This document shows positions 33,226 through 44,870 of a stretch of DNA of 64,000 nucleotides, piece by piece. The DNA comes from Oikopleura dioica (lineage: Eukaryota > Animalia > Chordata): positions 2,067,929 to 2,131,928 of the forward strand of contig OU015570.1 in NCBI GenBank assembly GCA_907165135.1, read 5' to 3'. Under the pieces are notes generated by a model. That model was not told the DNA's origin and made no database searches. It saw nothing but the letters and a program-made list of their open reading frames with translations. How positions within the stretch are numbered: the first letter of the stretch is position 1; each line of letters begins with the position of its first letter. The position numbers and the translations under genes were made by a program.

Positions 33226-35211
33226 TTAAGTTTTAAAAAATTTGAATTGGTAAAATCAACATAAAAATGCGTGAATTGCTTCCAATCAAGAATAAAGGTA
33301 AAGATTCATATTAACCATATAATTTAATCTTATATCGAATAATTAAGCCGAAAACATACGAGTCAGTCACTATAGACAAGAATCAGAAACAAAAAAAAGA
33401 ATTGTGCATGTCCCGAAGGGATCGCCAGAAGCTCTCTTCACGTATGAAGAATCGTATCAATTTATCTTGAAGACAATTATAACAGGTATTTTATGAAAAA
33501 ATGAAAATTAGATTCTTAAAATTTGATAATAAGCTCTACAGTCGATTTAAAAAAAATTTAAAGGAGCATACCATTTTCCCGATAAGTCAATTGTACGCCT
33601 CGCAGATTTAAAGGCGACGGCGATCGCTCCGAGAAACGTGAACAGAAATATGCTTTATCAAAGGGTCTTAAATCTTTTTAGTGGGTAAAATTAACTTAAA
33701 ATACATTTTGTTTTAAAATTTAAAACCCTTTGAAAAGTGTGAGCTGGATTATGGGCTTGGCGTTTAAGATAAGCTGACTTTATCGAATTTGAGTTTTCTT
33801 AGGCTGATTATCCGCCCTTTTCAGAACAAATTTTTCCATCACAAGGGCGAAAAAGACTCAATCAAATCATCTTGCAGCACCATCTGTCTCCAACCTTTCG
33901 GCAATTTTCTATTTCTACGATCTTAAAAGTGACAGCTGGAAACGACTTCTTGTGTCTGCACTAAGGAAAAACTATGAAATACAAAGGAAAATAAGGACGA
34001 TTATCATTAACTTTGAATAACTTAATCATATTTTATCAAAGCGAGACAAAATCCTATTATGATACAGTTAGAACAATTTTGCATGGAATCGACATCATAG
34101 TTGCTGACAAAGAAATAAGAACAATTTACAAGTATAGCTATATTTTTTATTTATTAATGTTTTTGAAGCCACATCATCATCAATGTGGATAATTGCAGAA
34201 GAGAGTTCAAGGTCGAGTTATAATAATAATGATAATTTATCAATTTTTTGAAATTATTTTTATAAACTCTCAAAGAATAGATGGGGTCTACCATCCATGA
34301 AGGCTCTTCCTCATCCTGTTGTGGCTATTTTTAAAGCTGCTTTACGACCGGATTCATAAAAATGAGTGTAGATATAACCATATATTAAGAGTTTACAATT
34401 ATGAATCATTTTAAGATGGAAAATCGCTTATTGTTAAGGGTCCTTCGATACAAATTCAAATATAATTACAAATTTAATTATTTGATTTTATGATTCTCTG
34501 TTATAACGTATTCGTAAGGACCATTGATAAGACTCTTTTCATTCTTTTGTTCCAGGATTGTAATTAAAGAACTTATGAATATCATTTATGAGTTTTATTT
34601 AAATAATTAGTCTTTAAGAAAGACTATTTAATTTAAAGTAGCGACTGCAAAAGAGCTCAACAGATTGGAAAGAGGTTACACACTACAAATGCTTATTGAA
34701 GAATTAATATTGAAAGAGCAAAGGGCATTTCTCCAGCGTCAAAAAATAACGTCAATCCTTTCAGGCAAGGGATAACGAAACATGCTCATTGTATTTACGT
34801 CTTGCTTATTATCCCTAAAATAGACGTTATTTTTTAAATCTCGATATTGAAAAATTCGATATGAAATACGAAATCAGTGAAGGAACACAAAGCAACGATG
34901 CAAGAATGATCGCGTTAGATAAAGAAAATAATCGGCTAAAATTAACGAACCACTGGGGTCGGCAAGTGGACGGCTATTTTTTAAGGGGTTCGATCACGAC
35001 TCAAACTATTAGAAGAGCTTAAACTATTAAAATGATTCATGTCCAAATGCTGACCCCAGTTGAACTGGTTATGTTCCTGTTCTGATTGTCTCAACGGCAA
35101 TTTTAACAGATGTCTTATTCAAGAAGGGTGGAATTTTTACAAAATGAGAGAAACTCAATTTAATACTTCTCTTCTATAAACATAATACTAGTATAAAATA
35201 TCCGCTTTAAA

Positions 35212-36584
35212 GACAAAGCTGTACGATTCTCTTCGGATATTAAAGAATCGCGAGTGCCCGTTATCAAAAGTTCAAATGAACCGAAGGATATGTCTGCTCC
35301 CGGTCCATCATTTATCGACCATGAGGATTTATTTGATGATGTCTGGGATTTTCAAGAAGATAAAATAGAGAATGATGCTGATGCGCAGCCTAAACTTGAA
35401 GAAAATTTGGTTAATGTCACCCTTATTCCAAGTCAAGGGTTTCCGTTCACAAATCAAGACAGATTAGATTTCCTGATACAAGAAAAAAGAAAAAGATTGA
35501 GTGATTTTGAGGCGAATCGAATACTTAAATATTTCGAGGTTTTACCTACTAGCCATGTATTTTTACATTTAATTTTATTTTAGCCGAATAAATCCGTTGG
35601 CGTTCATACGCTAGACGGGATTTTGATGAGGTTTAATTCGATTGCTGGAGAAGATACTCTTATCGTCAAAACAACCCAATTTGATGTGTTGTATAATTTC
35701 GGCGTTTTTGGAACACAAGCTTCTTTTACTGATATCGCAAGAGAAAACAACAAAAATATTAATCATGTAAGCGGTCATATCTAAGCATTAAATATTTCTG
35801 ATCAAAATTTTAGGTCAAAAATATACTTATGCCGATTTTCTTCACAAACGAGAACACAAGTAAAAATCATTTCTCTCCAAATCGATTGCGCCTCACAAAT
35901 GAAATTGGTCATTTTATTCTGATCGGTTTTGACATAGAAAACGACGTAATTCTTTGTTTCGATCATTCCAGACAAACGTCGACGAGAGCTTGGGAACTCT
36001 TGATTCCATGGGCAAGACGCAGTTTCGAGCAGGTTTTATAGTATAAACGTTTCTTGGTTTTTTCAAACAAAATTTTTTAAATCAATTGAGTTCATGAAAG
36101 CGTAAAGAAAGCGAAAAACACTATAAAACCTGCTCTCTGAAAATCTTTATGGAAGAAACGCGGAATGTGTCGAAGTTTTGGGACAAGAACAATTCGCGAA
36201 TGATTGTGCGATTCTTTTGATAGCGAATGCAGAAGTCAGGGGATAAGATTTAAAAAATTAAAAGGCGGATTTTGACAAAATAGCGCCAAAATTTTGGTTG
36301 GGCAATTTGTACTTCTATTATTAAAATTTATTATCGTTGATAAAATTTGTAAGATTGGTTTGACTTCAAAGCTAGATCCCCGTTTTCAGTTTTTATATTC
36401 AATCGTCAGGTGATTATAATTCTATATATACCCTATTTGGGGCATTCTTGATTTAATAACAATTTTAAAGGTCGCTTCTCGTGGTATTTCTTTTACTCAG
36501 GAGACGACCAATTCCCTACGAATTCGACTTAAAGATATCTGGCTTACTAACATATATCGCAAAACATGTTCTTTTGTCGAATAA
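35212..36584 (+). CDS. Ulp1/SENP-like (clan CE, family C48) cysteine protease domain, multi-exon
   Basis: RLSDFEANRILKYF; YLMPIFF; GHFILIGFDIENDVILCFDHS (His 35910, Asp 35961); QEQFANDCAILLIANAE (Cys 36205); FTQETTNSLRIRL; stop at 36582-36584. Confidence 0.8.
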
Positions 36585-36739
36585 AAATATCTGTTTTTCT
36601 TTTTTAATATAAAAATAAATCTCTACTTTTAAAAGTACAAGTGGCTATTGTTTCTCTTTATTATTAAAAATTCTACGGTATTCTAAAAAAGTAAATACAG
36701 TACTAAAAACAAATACTAAAAATACTAAAAACAGTAAAT

Positions 36740-37527
36740 TCACTTCCCCTTTTTCTCGAAATATAAAGGATAAATAAAACCTTCCATTTTTTCGCTCATC
36801 CAAGGCGTCTTCTCTTCTTCTTTGTCCGAGAAGTCTTCATCATCGAAAGTGATTCCCATTGGCATCTTTTAAAAAATAAAATCGGATAAATTGATTATTC
36901 CCACCTCATCAAGAACAATCAAAACAGGACAATTATTTCTGTCAGTATTCACATTTGTTAAAATTTTTTTGAAGATATTTTTGGAAAGGTCCAATTGCTT
37001 CTGGTACCATGGCGGAATTGACCAAGGTCCTACTGTTTTACCAAAGCTGTCCTCGTTTTTGGAACGGTAACAAGTAGAGAACTTTCTTGGAGGGGAGTAT
37101 TGTTTCCATTCATCGAAAGTTCCTAAATTCCGATAATAACTTTAAATGAGTTTAATTTTTTAAGCTTTTACCTATTTTTATTGTTTTGTTTGGTTTATTC
37201 TTGAGGATTATTTCGGCCAATTCTGTTTCTCTTGTATAGTCCCAAGCCCCTCTGACATAAGAAATAAAAAAAATTTCTCTGCTTTTCTTCCCTGCTCACT
37301 CGCGCAAGAATTGTAGTATCCATTAAAAATTCGACGCATGAATTTTCACAACGAGCCTGAATTTTTGAAATTTTTTTCCAGATGAGGTCAGAGTCATCAT
37401 AGGCTATTCGAAATTCCCCCAATAAAGAGAAATGAATGAAAAACAAATCGCAGATTATAGTCTGGACTTGGCGATCTGTGTAGTAAACCTTAGTAGAGTT
37501 CCGAAGAGCGTTAATAAAAAGTTGCAT
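36740..37527 (-). CDS. Orphan multi-exon gene
   Basis: ORF 37195-37527 plus downstream exon-like segments bounded by short AT-rich introns. Confidence 0.45.
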
Positions 37528-37879
37528 TGTTTTAAGAAATATTTTTAATTTAATTAAAGCTTAGAGGTTTCTTCCAAATCCGATATAAATTTGCTAAGAA
37601 TGTTCTTTATTCTCCGATTTTTGAAGAAAAGTGTCTTTTTATTTACGCTCTAATAATTCTGCCTTAGGTTTTCTGCAAAAATTACCAAGACCAGTAGAAA
37701 ACATGCTATTGAATTGGCAAGAAAATTCGAAAACGCACTAGGTCTCCTCATCGGGCCTATGGACTTTTTCCAGGAAAAAATAATACGATGCAAGACAGGG
37801 ATCTTAATTTTTTATGCAAAAACTTCGGAATTGCAATGCGATTGCAATATTTTTACGAAAATTTAAAATCCCTGATGCC

Positions 37880-38702
37880 AGCGTATTTTATGGGAGACAG
37901 GAGTTCAAAATTATGCAGAGTTTGTTCTCCTCGAAACGGCACGAGAAATGAATGATGGGAGCATCAAACGCAGGTTCTCAATTGCGTCAACTGAAGTTGG
38001 GGACATACTTATTCCTGATGAGAACTGGCGATCAAACGAGAATACGCACATACTGTCTCATATCTAGGGCCGACGCGTAAAAAATCAACCCCCAGAAAGC
38101 ATCAAGGTAGAGAGCTGAAACAACGTGATATAATGAAGTTCGACCCTACTAAAAAAATTGCTATTGAAAATTTTTTGGTTTGGTCACGTGGTCACGTGAT
38201 ACAGACCTCCGAAAAACTAAAAAAAGCTTGACGACCTTGAACGCATGATCAAGGTCGATCAGCTCATATCTCAGAAGAAAGAGCTAAAAAAGTTATTCTT
38301 ATTAATATTTTTGGTGGCGCAATCACGTGAGACAGTAGAAAGGAAAAAAGATGACCCTGAATTCAAGGTCGTCAAGCTTTTTTAGCTTTCCGGAGGCCTG
38401 TATCACGTGACCAAACCAAAAAATTTTCAATAGCAATTTTTTTAGTAGGGTCGAACTCCATTATGTCACGAAGTTTAAGCTCTCTACGTTGATGCTTTCT
38501 TGGGGTTGAATTTTTACGCGTCGGCCCTACTCATATCTACAAATTAAAAGATCCGACCCTTATGCTTAAGGATGCCATGATTTTGAAAGGCCACTGGACG
38601 CCAGCCCGATTGACGCAAAAAATAAAACAAAAATTTGAAGAGGAAATGAAGAACATCCTTGAGGAGATCGGAGAATACTTGTCGACAGAAAATGAGGATT
38701 AA
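37880..38702 (+). pseudogene. Orphan ORF interrupted by a hAT MITE
   Basis: Removing 38065-38529 and one TSD gives an open frame ...NYAEFVLLETAREM...HILSHI|YKLKDPTL...EYLSTENED*; 5' end unclear. Confidence 0.5.
38065..38529. mobile_element. hAT-type MITE
   Basis: TIR tagggccgacgcgtaaaaa; 8-bp TSD ctcatatc (38057-38064, 38530-38537). Confidence 0.92.
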
Positions 38703-38969
38703 AAATTGTCATTCATTATTTCTGTTCAAATTGTTTTTTCTTTTCGGTTTTTCATCTTCGTTCTTAAATACTTGTTCATTTTTTTGATAAATATATGTTT
38801 GTCTATTGAGATTTTCTTAATTTGAATGTGGTCTGTTCTGCAGAAATTTGAAGTATCAACACTTTTTTCGCAGGCACTTGCGACCGACCGATTTATTGCC
38901 GCACCGGTTTAGTATTTTTTCTAGAAAGAACAGATATTAAGCTTCTTATCAGTTAACCTTTTGAAAATA

Positions 38970-39662
38970 CAGCCTGACTAGACCAATATTGACTATAGGT
39001 GGCCATAAATTGCCCGAGCACAGCAATCTATTGAAATTCTAAACATTGGTCTTCCTGCAGATTGTCTTCCACCATAGAGGTCCTCCGGGGGACCTCCGGC
39101 CTGACTAGACCAATGTTGACCATATGTGGCCATAAATTGGCCGAGCACAGCCATATATTGAAATTCTAAATATTGGTCTTCCAGCGGATGGTCTTCCACC
39201 AGGGAGGTCCTCCGGGGTTCTCCGGCCGAACTTGACCAAAGTTGACCATAATGGCTATATACTGGCCAAAATTAGTCATCAGGAAGTATGAGTAATCATC
39301 GCTTGAAGATGGGCATTTTTCGAAATTTCGAAAAATTGACCAACTTTCAGCCTTACCGTGTGACCAACCGGTTGAAGTCCGCACCGGTTTCTCGACGGTC
39401 CGTACAAGTTCAGACTCTGAGCTATCCAATGAGGTATGATTCATCATGCTTACTCATCGATAACGATGAGTAATGGGCTGGTGAAAATTTCCGATTTTCG
39501 AGTTTTCGAGTCGAAAAAATCGATTTTTTTTCTTTGCTTCACGTGGTTTTTTCTGGCGAAAGGGGGGTTTTAGGACCTCTAGAACACATCTAGAGTATAG
39601 AGAAAACAAAAAAATAAGTTTGGAAATTTTGGTGAAAATTATATTTTTCTCGACCATTGCTA
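38970..39662 (-). repeat. Right TIR with ~120-bp internal repeats
   Basis: Reverse complement of the left TIR. Confidence 0.92.
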
Positions 39663-41623
39663 ATTTGGAAAATTATTAGGCACGCTCCATTAGCTCTTAG
39701 TCTCGAGAGAACTGTAAGTGGTCATAAGCGCTGGTTAAAAGCTGCGCTTTTCAGAAGAACATATTCCGGTCGTGTTCAGATTCCGGTCCCCGGAATACGA
39801 CCAAAAGTAAAATTGCTTCTTAACCAAGTCAAGTCTTTCATGTGACTTGATGTCGAAAATATTTCCTTGAGATCATTTTCTTTTTAACTGTCAGTTTTTC
39901 ACCCAGAATACTTTGATTCTTCAAAATATTTGATTTTTTCAAGCGCTGACTATGATTTTCGTTCTATCAAATTTTATTCAAAAATGATTAAAGTTCCGTT
40001 TGAACTTATAATTTGAGCTGATTTGCTCACGCTTTGTGGTTTATTTACTTACTGATTTCTAACGCGAAAAGAAATCGGTGGGCTTATTCCTTCCCACAGA
40101 CGTTCAGAGATTTTTCAAAGTGAATCTCCATGGGCCCACTTTCGTGTAGTGAAATGGCCAAACGTCATTTACGGGGTGCCTTAGGTTCCCTGGCAGTATA
40201 CGGAGACCAACTGCCCTCCATATGGAATCCCTATTATGTTAAATACCTTTACTTAGCGTGAGACCACATGCATGATCCATGCGTATGGCTAAGTTATCTT
40301 TTTCTTTGCCTATCCCTCTGCAAGGTGATAATAACATCTGTCACCGGTCTACAGTTTGCCAGCGAAAATGTAAAAATAAGGCTCATGCCGAAAACATTTT
40401 TACATCGCAAAACTTTCAGAGGTTAGTTCAGCTTAGATTTTGAGTTTTTCATGATTCTTGATCATTATTCGTTTTTTACCCAAATTTAATTGCATCAGTT
40501 TGCGCTTGATAAAATCTTTTCATAATGTCATGATAATTACTATACTACTGTCTTAATTGTTTGTAAGTAACCCTTTACATACCTTTTATGTTGTTTTCGT
40601 TCGAGTTTTTGAAGGAGTCGTTTTCGCGTTGGGGCCTTCCTTCATTTTTTCATCTTTTTTCGGCGTTGTTATGTCGTTATGATGAAATCGTTTCGTAGCA
40701 CGTCGCAAGCCCAACTGTGTTGCGATTTTTCAGGCAGTTTGCGCTCAATACGTTTCATCTTGGATCAATGTCGAATCCTTTCTGCTTGCTTATTCCTTCT
40801 TGTTTTCTGCCATTGAAGTAACTTCGAGCTTTTTTCTGTGGAAAATCCCGTCTCCAAGCTGAAGTAAAGGAATCGTTTTGGACACCATAACCTTTTTTGT
40901 CGATTTACCTAGCTAATTCTGTCGTGTTTTCGTTTGTTGATCAGGGTTATTGTTTCGTCGGCTCCACATCGAGATCGACATTGCTTTTCGCCCGCACCAA
41001 AGGTTGTTGATTCCGAACATCCCGTGTTCCAGTGTCCACCGCTTTTCGAATATTAGTCTTTAGTCATCACTCAGAATTAGCAATTACCTGCGCAGGTTTT
41101 TGCCCTTGCGATTTCCGGGATTCTGTGCATCAAACGTGTACGTTGTTGATGGACTGAAAATCGCCCTCGAAAAGCCCAAGCAGAGTTCATGTTGATGATT
41201 CCAGTCGGCTGTATCGTTTCGAATATTTCAATTATTTCTAAAAGTTCCATTCGTTAACTCTACCGTGTAATTTGGTAAAATTTAAGTGTAAACGGATACG
41301 GATCTAAAGTTTCAGTACAATGAAGATGGTTTCATCGCGCCAGGATCGGGCGGCTTCTTCTTTCCTAAAGCAGGCGGGATTCGAGACCCTTAGGGTTGAT
41401 CAGACCAGGTCAGGTTTCGCGCAGGTGGCTAAGTGCAGGGCTTCCAACTCACTCCCACAATTGCCAAAGTCGCTCGCGCCCGTCGATTTGAAAGTATCAC
41501 TCATTGCAGAAGCGCAATTTTTGCTCACTTCTTTGAATGTAGATCATCCGCTTGATTCGATTATGATCCAATGTGCCGAAATTTTTGTTATTTTCCGTAA
41601 AAGCAGTCGCAAGCGACTGTTAC

Positions 41624-42367
41624 CTATTTAGTCCATGTGAAGGTTTTTCGAACTGCAGTTTTTAATTGACTGAAAGTGATATCATCATCGTCAATTCCAA
41701 GTAGGCGTGTCATCTCAGCGTATTCTTGTTGATTGCAGTTCTTCATTGTCATAACCTGAAGAATGCAAACCGCTTCGGTGGCCCTTGGGTCCTTTCCTGT
41801 TGTTGTTTTGTATTTCGAGCAGAGACGCAAGAAGAACCGCATAAGCGTTTCATTTTGGCCGCGAGTCATCCTCAGCACATCCGTTGCCGTCGCTGATCTG
41901 GAGGGACCCAGAAGGGCTCCGACGGAATCCACAAATGATTCGAAGTCTTTGCGTTCGCTATCTTCTATGATTTCGTCGATGTAACGATCTCGAGGTCGAA
42001 GCGTCATGATGAGCAAGTTCATCATCTGTTTGTCAGACAGCCCTGACTCGCGAGCGTATTTGAAAGCACTCTTGTTTCGGTTGAAATGTTCCCAGAACGT
42101 CAGGTTCGGCTCAGTCCAATTCCGAAGTCCATATTTTTCCGGGCTTGATATGATGACTTTGTCGGGATCCCGCTTCGGCAATTCTGTTCCTTTGTGTCCT
42201 TGCTCACCGTCTGAGAGAAAGGTGTTCGTCTGAGTCCCTCTTGTGTTTGTTCCGCTGGTTTCAGGCTCAGGATCAGTGAGCGGGACATCGAGGTTAGTCT
42301 TGGTAGATTTGAATTCGTTGTTTCGAGAAGACATTTTTGGGTTTCGCAGTCTAAATAAGGAATCCAT
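41624..42367 (-). CDS. gag: Gag-like capsid protein of the non-autonomous LTR element
   Basis: Sense to the element; MHR-like MTRGQNETLMRFFLRL; helical CA-like pattern. Confidence 0.6.
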   Translation of the reverse strand: MDSLFRLRNPKMSSRNNEFKSTKTNLDVPLTDPEPETSGTNTRGTQTNTFLSDGEQGHKGTELPKRDPDKVIISSPEKYGLRNWTEPNLTFWEHFNRNKSAFKYARESGLSDKQMMNLLIMTLRPRDRYIDEIIEDSERKDFESFVDSVGALLGPSRSATATDVLRMTRGQNETLMRFFLRLCSKYKTTTGKDPRATEAVCILQVMTMKNCNQQEYAEMTRLLGIDDDDITFSQLKTAVRKTFTWTK

Positions 42368-42568
42368 AGTTAATATGTCTTTTCTTCCCTTCTGTTAATC
42401 TTTGCAAGCCTTAAATTTTGTGAAAGCAGTGACGTTTAACTGTTGCAAATTGTGGAAGACGAAGTTCTTTGTTGATAAGCTCGGTGCTTCTGAAGCCTTT
42501 TTAGCTTAATGAGGTAGTTAGGCTTAATAATTAGTGTTAAGTTACATTGATTGTAACACTTACTCATG

Positions 42569-43141
42569 CTATCCCCGTCGGCGACTCAGTTTTTCAGGAA
42601 GCTTTGCCGAAAGGGGTATTTTACGCGTATTTGATCTTGTCGGGAAGGGGAGGTTTCTTTGTGGCTGGCCATTGATTGCGAACGCTCGTTGTACCCGCCG
42701 TTGTTCTCGCTGCGCTTCGTATTCAGATGCGAATTGGCGGATTCGATGGTCAGTTGTACGACAAAGCTCACAGTTATCCAGGTTAGAATTGACCAGCACA
42801 GACCAGGTCCGTTCATTGTTGATTTTTCTAAAGAAAAACCTTGCCGTTTGCTTTTGGGCTGCGTAAAGAGAAATGTAATTCGTCCGGATGCGGCGAAATT
42901 CAATTGCGATGATAAAATGCCATTCTAATAGCTCATCAAGCGTAGTTGGCGCAGGGCTGGTTTCGAGGATTCTTTCAAGATTTCTCAGAGCTGTTCTTGG
43001 TGAATAATTTGGCAGGGCTGAAGAGTTAGCCGTTCTTTGAATCATCACTACGATTGAGCCGATAATTCCGTCACTTTCCGATCGATGGCCAATCGGGTAT
43101 CGTTTGCCGGCGAGTGCGTCGGGAATCAATTCGAGATACAT
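42569..43141 (-). CDS. Hypothetical 190-aa ORF upstream of gag
   Basis: Intact ORF, sense to the LTR element; no recognisable motif. Confidence 0.45.
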   Translation of the reverse strand: MYLELIPDALAGKRYPIGHRSESDGIIGSIVVMIQRTANSSALPNYSPRTALRNLERILETSPAPTTLDELLEWHFIIAIEFRRIRTNYISLYAAQKQTARFFFRKINNERTWSVLVNSNLDNCELCRTTDHRIRQFASEYEAQREQRRVQRAFAINGQPQRNLPFPTRSNTRKIPLSAKLPEKLSRRRG

Positions 43142-43589
43142 TTGTTTTATTCAATTCGTGACGTTGCTGCCTTGGTCCACACTCATTATTTCTCGTCTTA
43201 ATTGTGTTGCAATCGAATCTAAATATGATCAATTGTCGAGATTTTCCAATAGCTCCGCTGACTCTTTAATCATCGAGCTCCGCCGAGGTTTTCACGGAGG
43301 AGGTGCACTATTGGCTGTTAATCAAGGGCTTAGCCGAATGCCAAAGCTAAGACCTAAAGAACACATTTTTACGTAGGAAATCGAGAAATTCTGGCGGAAA
43401 ATAACAGCGTATATGCGTTTTGAGCAGAATCGATGTTTTCTTGTAAACAATTTTCAAACCTTTCTTTTTTTTTTGGCGAAAATTTGGGAACTCTGCCTCT
43501 AATTACAGCTAAATTTTTGTTAAAGGCAATTTTGGTTAATTTTGAGCAGAGTTTTGCTGACGGAGGAGCAAAAATACATATTTAAGTTG

Positions 43590-44870
43590 GCCCTTTTGTC
43601 AAAAATCGAGAACTTCGCTTGAGGCCGCAGCCAAATTAAATCGAGACCGGCCAAATTTGGCAAAAATCAAGGGCTCCGCTTGAGGCCGGGGCCGAAATAA
43701 CTTAAGATAGGCTAATTGGCAACAAAGTCTAGGGCTCCGCCGAAGCCAGCCCAAAAATCAATTTGAAATGAGCCTTTTCTGCAGAGCTCCTTCGGGGCCC
43801 GGCCGTAAAACGAGTTAAGATGGGTCTTCTTGGCATAACTTCTGCATGGCCCGGCCAAAAATCAATTTAAGATGGGCCTCTTTGGCAAAATTCTGCAGGG
43901 CTCCGCCGGGGCCCGGCCGAGAATCAAGTTAAGGTCTGCCTTTTCGGCAAAAATTCTGCAGGGCTCCGCCGGGGCCAAGCCGAAAATCAAGTTTAGATGG
44001 GCCTTTTCGGCAAAAATCCTGCAGGGCTCCGCCGGGGCCCGGCCGAAAATCAAGTTAAGGTGGGCCTTTTCGGCAAAAATTCTGCAGGGCTCCGCCGGGG
44101 CCCGGCCGAAAATCAGGGTTAAATGCGCCTCCTCGGCAAAATTCTGCATGGCTCCGCCGGGGCTTGGCCGAAAATCAAGTTAAACTGGCCTTTTCGGCGA
44201 AAATTCTGCATGGCTCCGCCGGAGCCTGCTCAAAAAATAAGTTTTAATGGGCCTTTTTTTTGGCAAAAAAATTGGCAGGGCTCCGCCGGGGCCTGGCCGA
44301 AACTCTATATAAATTGGGCCCTCTCGGCAAAATTCTGCAGGGCTCCGCCGGGGCCCGGCCGAAATTCAAGTTTAAATGGGCCTTATTGGCAAAAATTGGC
44401 AGGGCTTCGCCGGGGCCTGGCCACAATTCTATAGAAAATCGGCCTTCTCGGCAAAATTGGGCAGCACTCCGTCGGGGTCCGGCCTTAAATTAAGTTTCAA
44501 ATATGCCTTCTCGGCAAAAATTTGCGCAGGGCTCCGCCGGGGCCGCAGCCAAAAGTCATTTTCAATACGCCTCTTTGCTAAAAATCGGGCAGGACTCCGT
44601 CGGGGTCCGCCTTAATTTAAGTTTCAAACTTGCCTTTCTGGCAGAATTTGCGCAGGGCTCCGCCGGGGCCTCGGCAAAAATCAAGTTTAAATACGCCTTT
44701 TGGCAATAATTGGGCAGGACTCCGTCGGGGTCCGCCTTAATTTAAGTTTTAAATAAGCCTTTTGGCAAAAATTGGGCAGGACTCCGTCGGGGTCCGCCTT
44801 AATTTAAGTTTTAACAATGCCTTTTCAGCAAATTTGTGCAGGGCTCCGCCGGGGCCTCGGCCGAAAAATA
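43590..44870. repeat. ~60-bp GC-rich minisatellite, about 20 copies
   Basis: Unit ggcaaaaattctgcagggctccgccggggcccggccgaaaatcaagttaagatgggcctttt, degenerating toward both ends. Confidence 0.92.

Larger units (their letters stand above)
30731..35147 (+). pseudogene. Zinc fingers plus Sola2-like DDE/D transposase, multi-exon, disrupted by a MITE
   Basis: KDQCLCEW (~32681-32704); SIVRLADLK (D at 33605); SVSNLSAIFYFYD; HIIINVDNCRREFK|NRW (D at 34188); FHSFVP (~34540); LCSCSDCLNGNFNRC...W (35066-35131). The third catalytic residue region was not found. Confidence 0.65.
25289..39662. mobile_element. 14.4 kb long-TIR DNA transposon (Sola2-like transposase) carrying Env-like, protease and orphan genes
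   Basis: 25289-~25900 is the reverse complement of ~39040-39662, with scattered substitutions. Ends TACCATTGGTCG / CGACCATTGCTA are flanked by ATT on both sides; TA or ATTT are alternative TSD readings. Confidence 0.88.

Noticed and set aside
38926-38955. Two 11-12-nt matches to U2 snRNA (one antisense, one sense)
   Set aside because: Too short and in mixed orientation; no other U2 sequence nearby.
41420-41475. Gag zinc knuckle (NCGSELEALHLATC on the minus strand)
   Set aside because: Spacing does not fit CX2CX4HX4C and it lies beyond the gag stop.
43862-44709. Repetitive ORFs in the 60-bp array
   Set aside because: A by-product of a unit length divisible by three; open on both strands.
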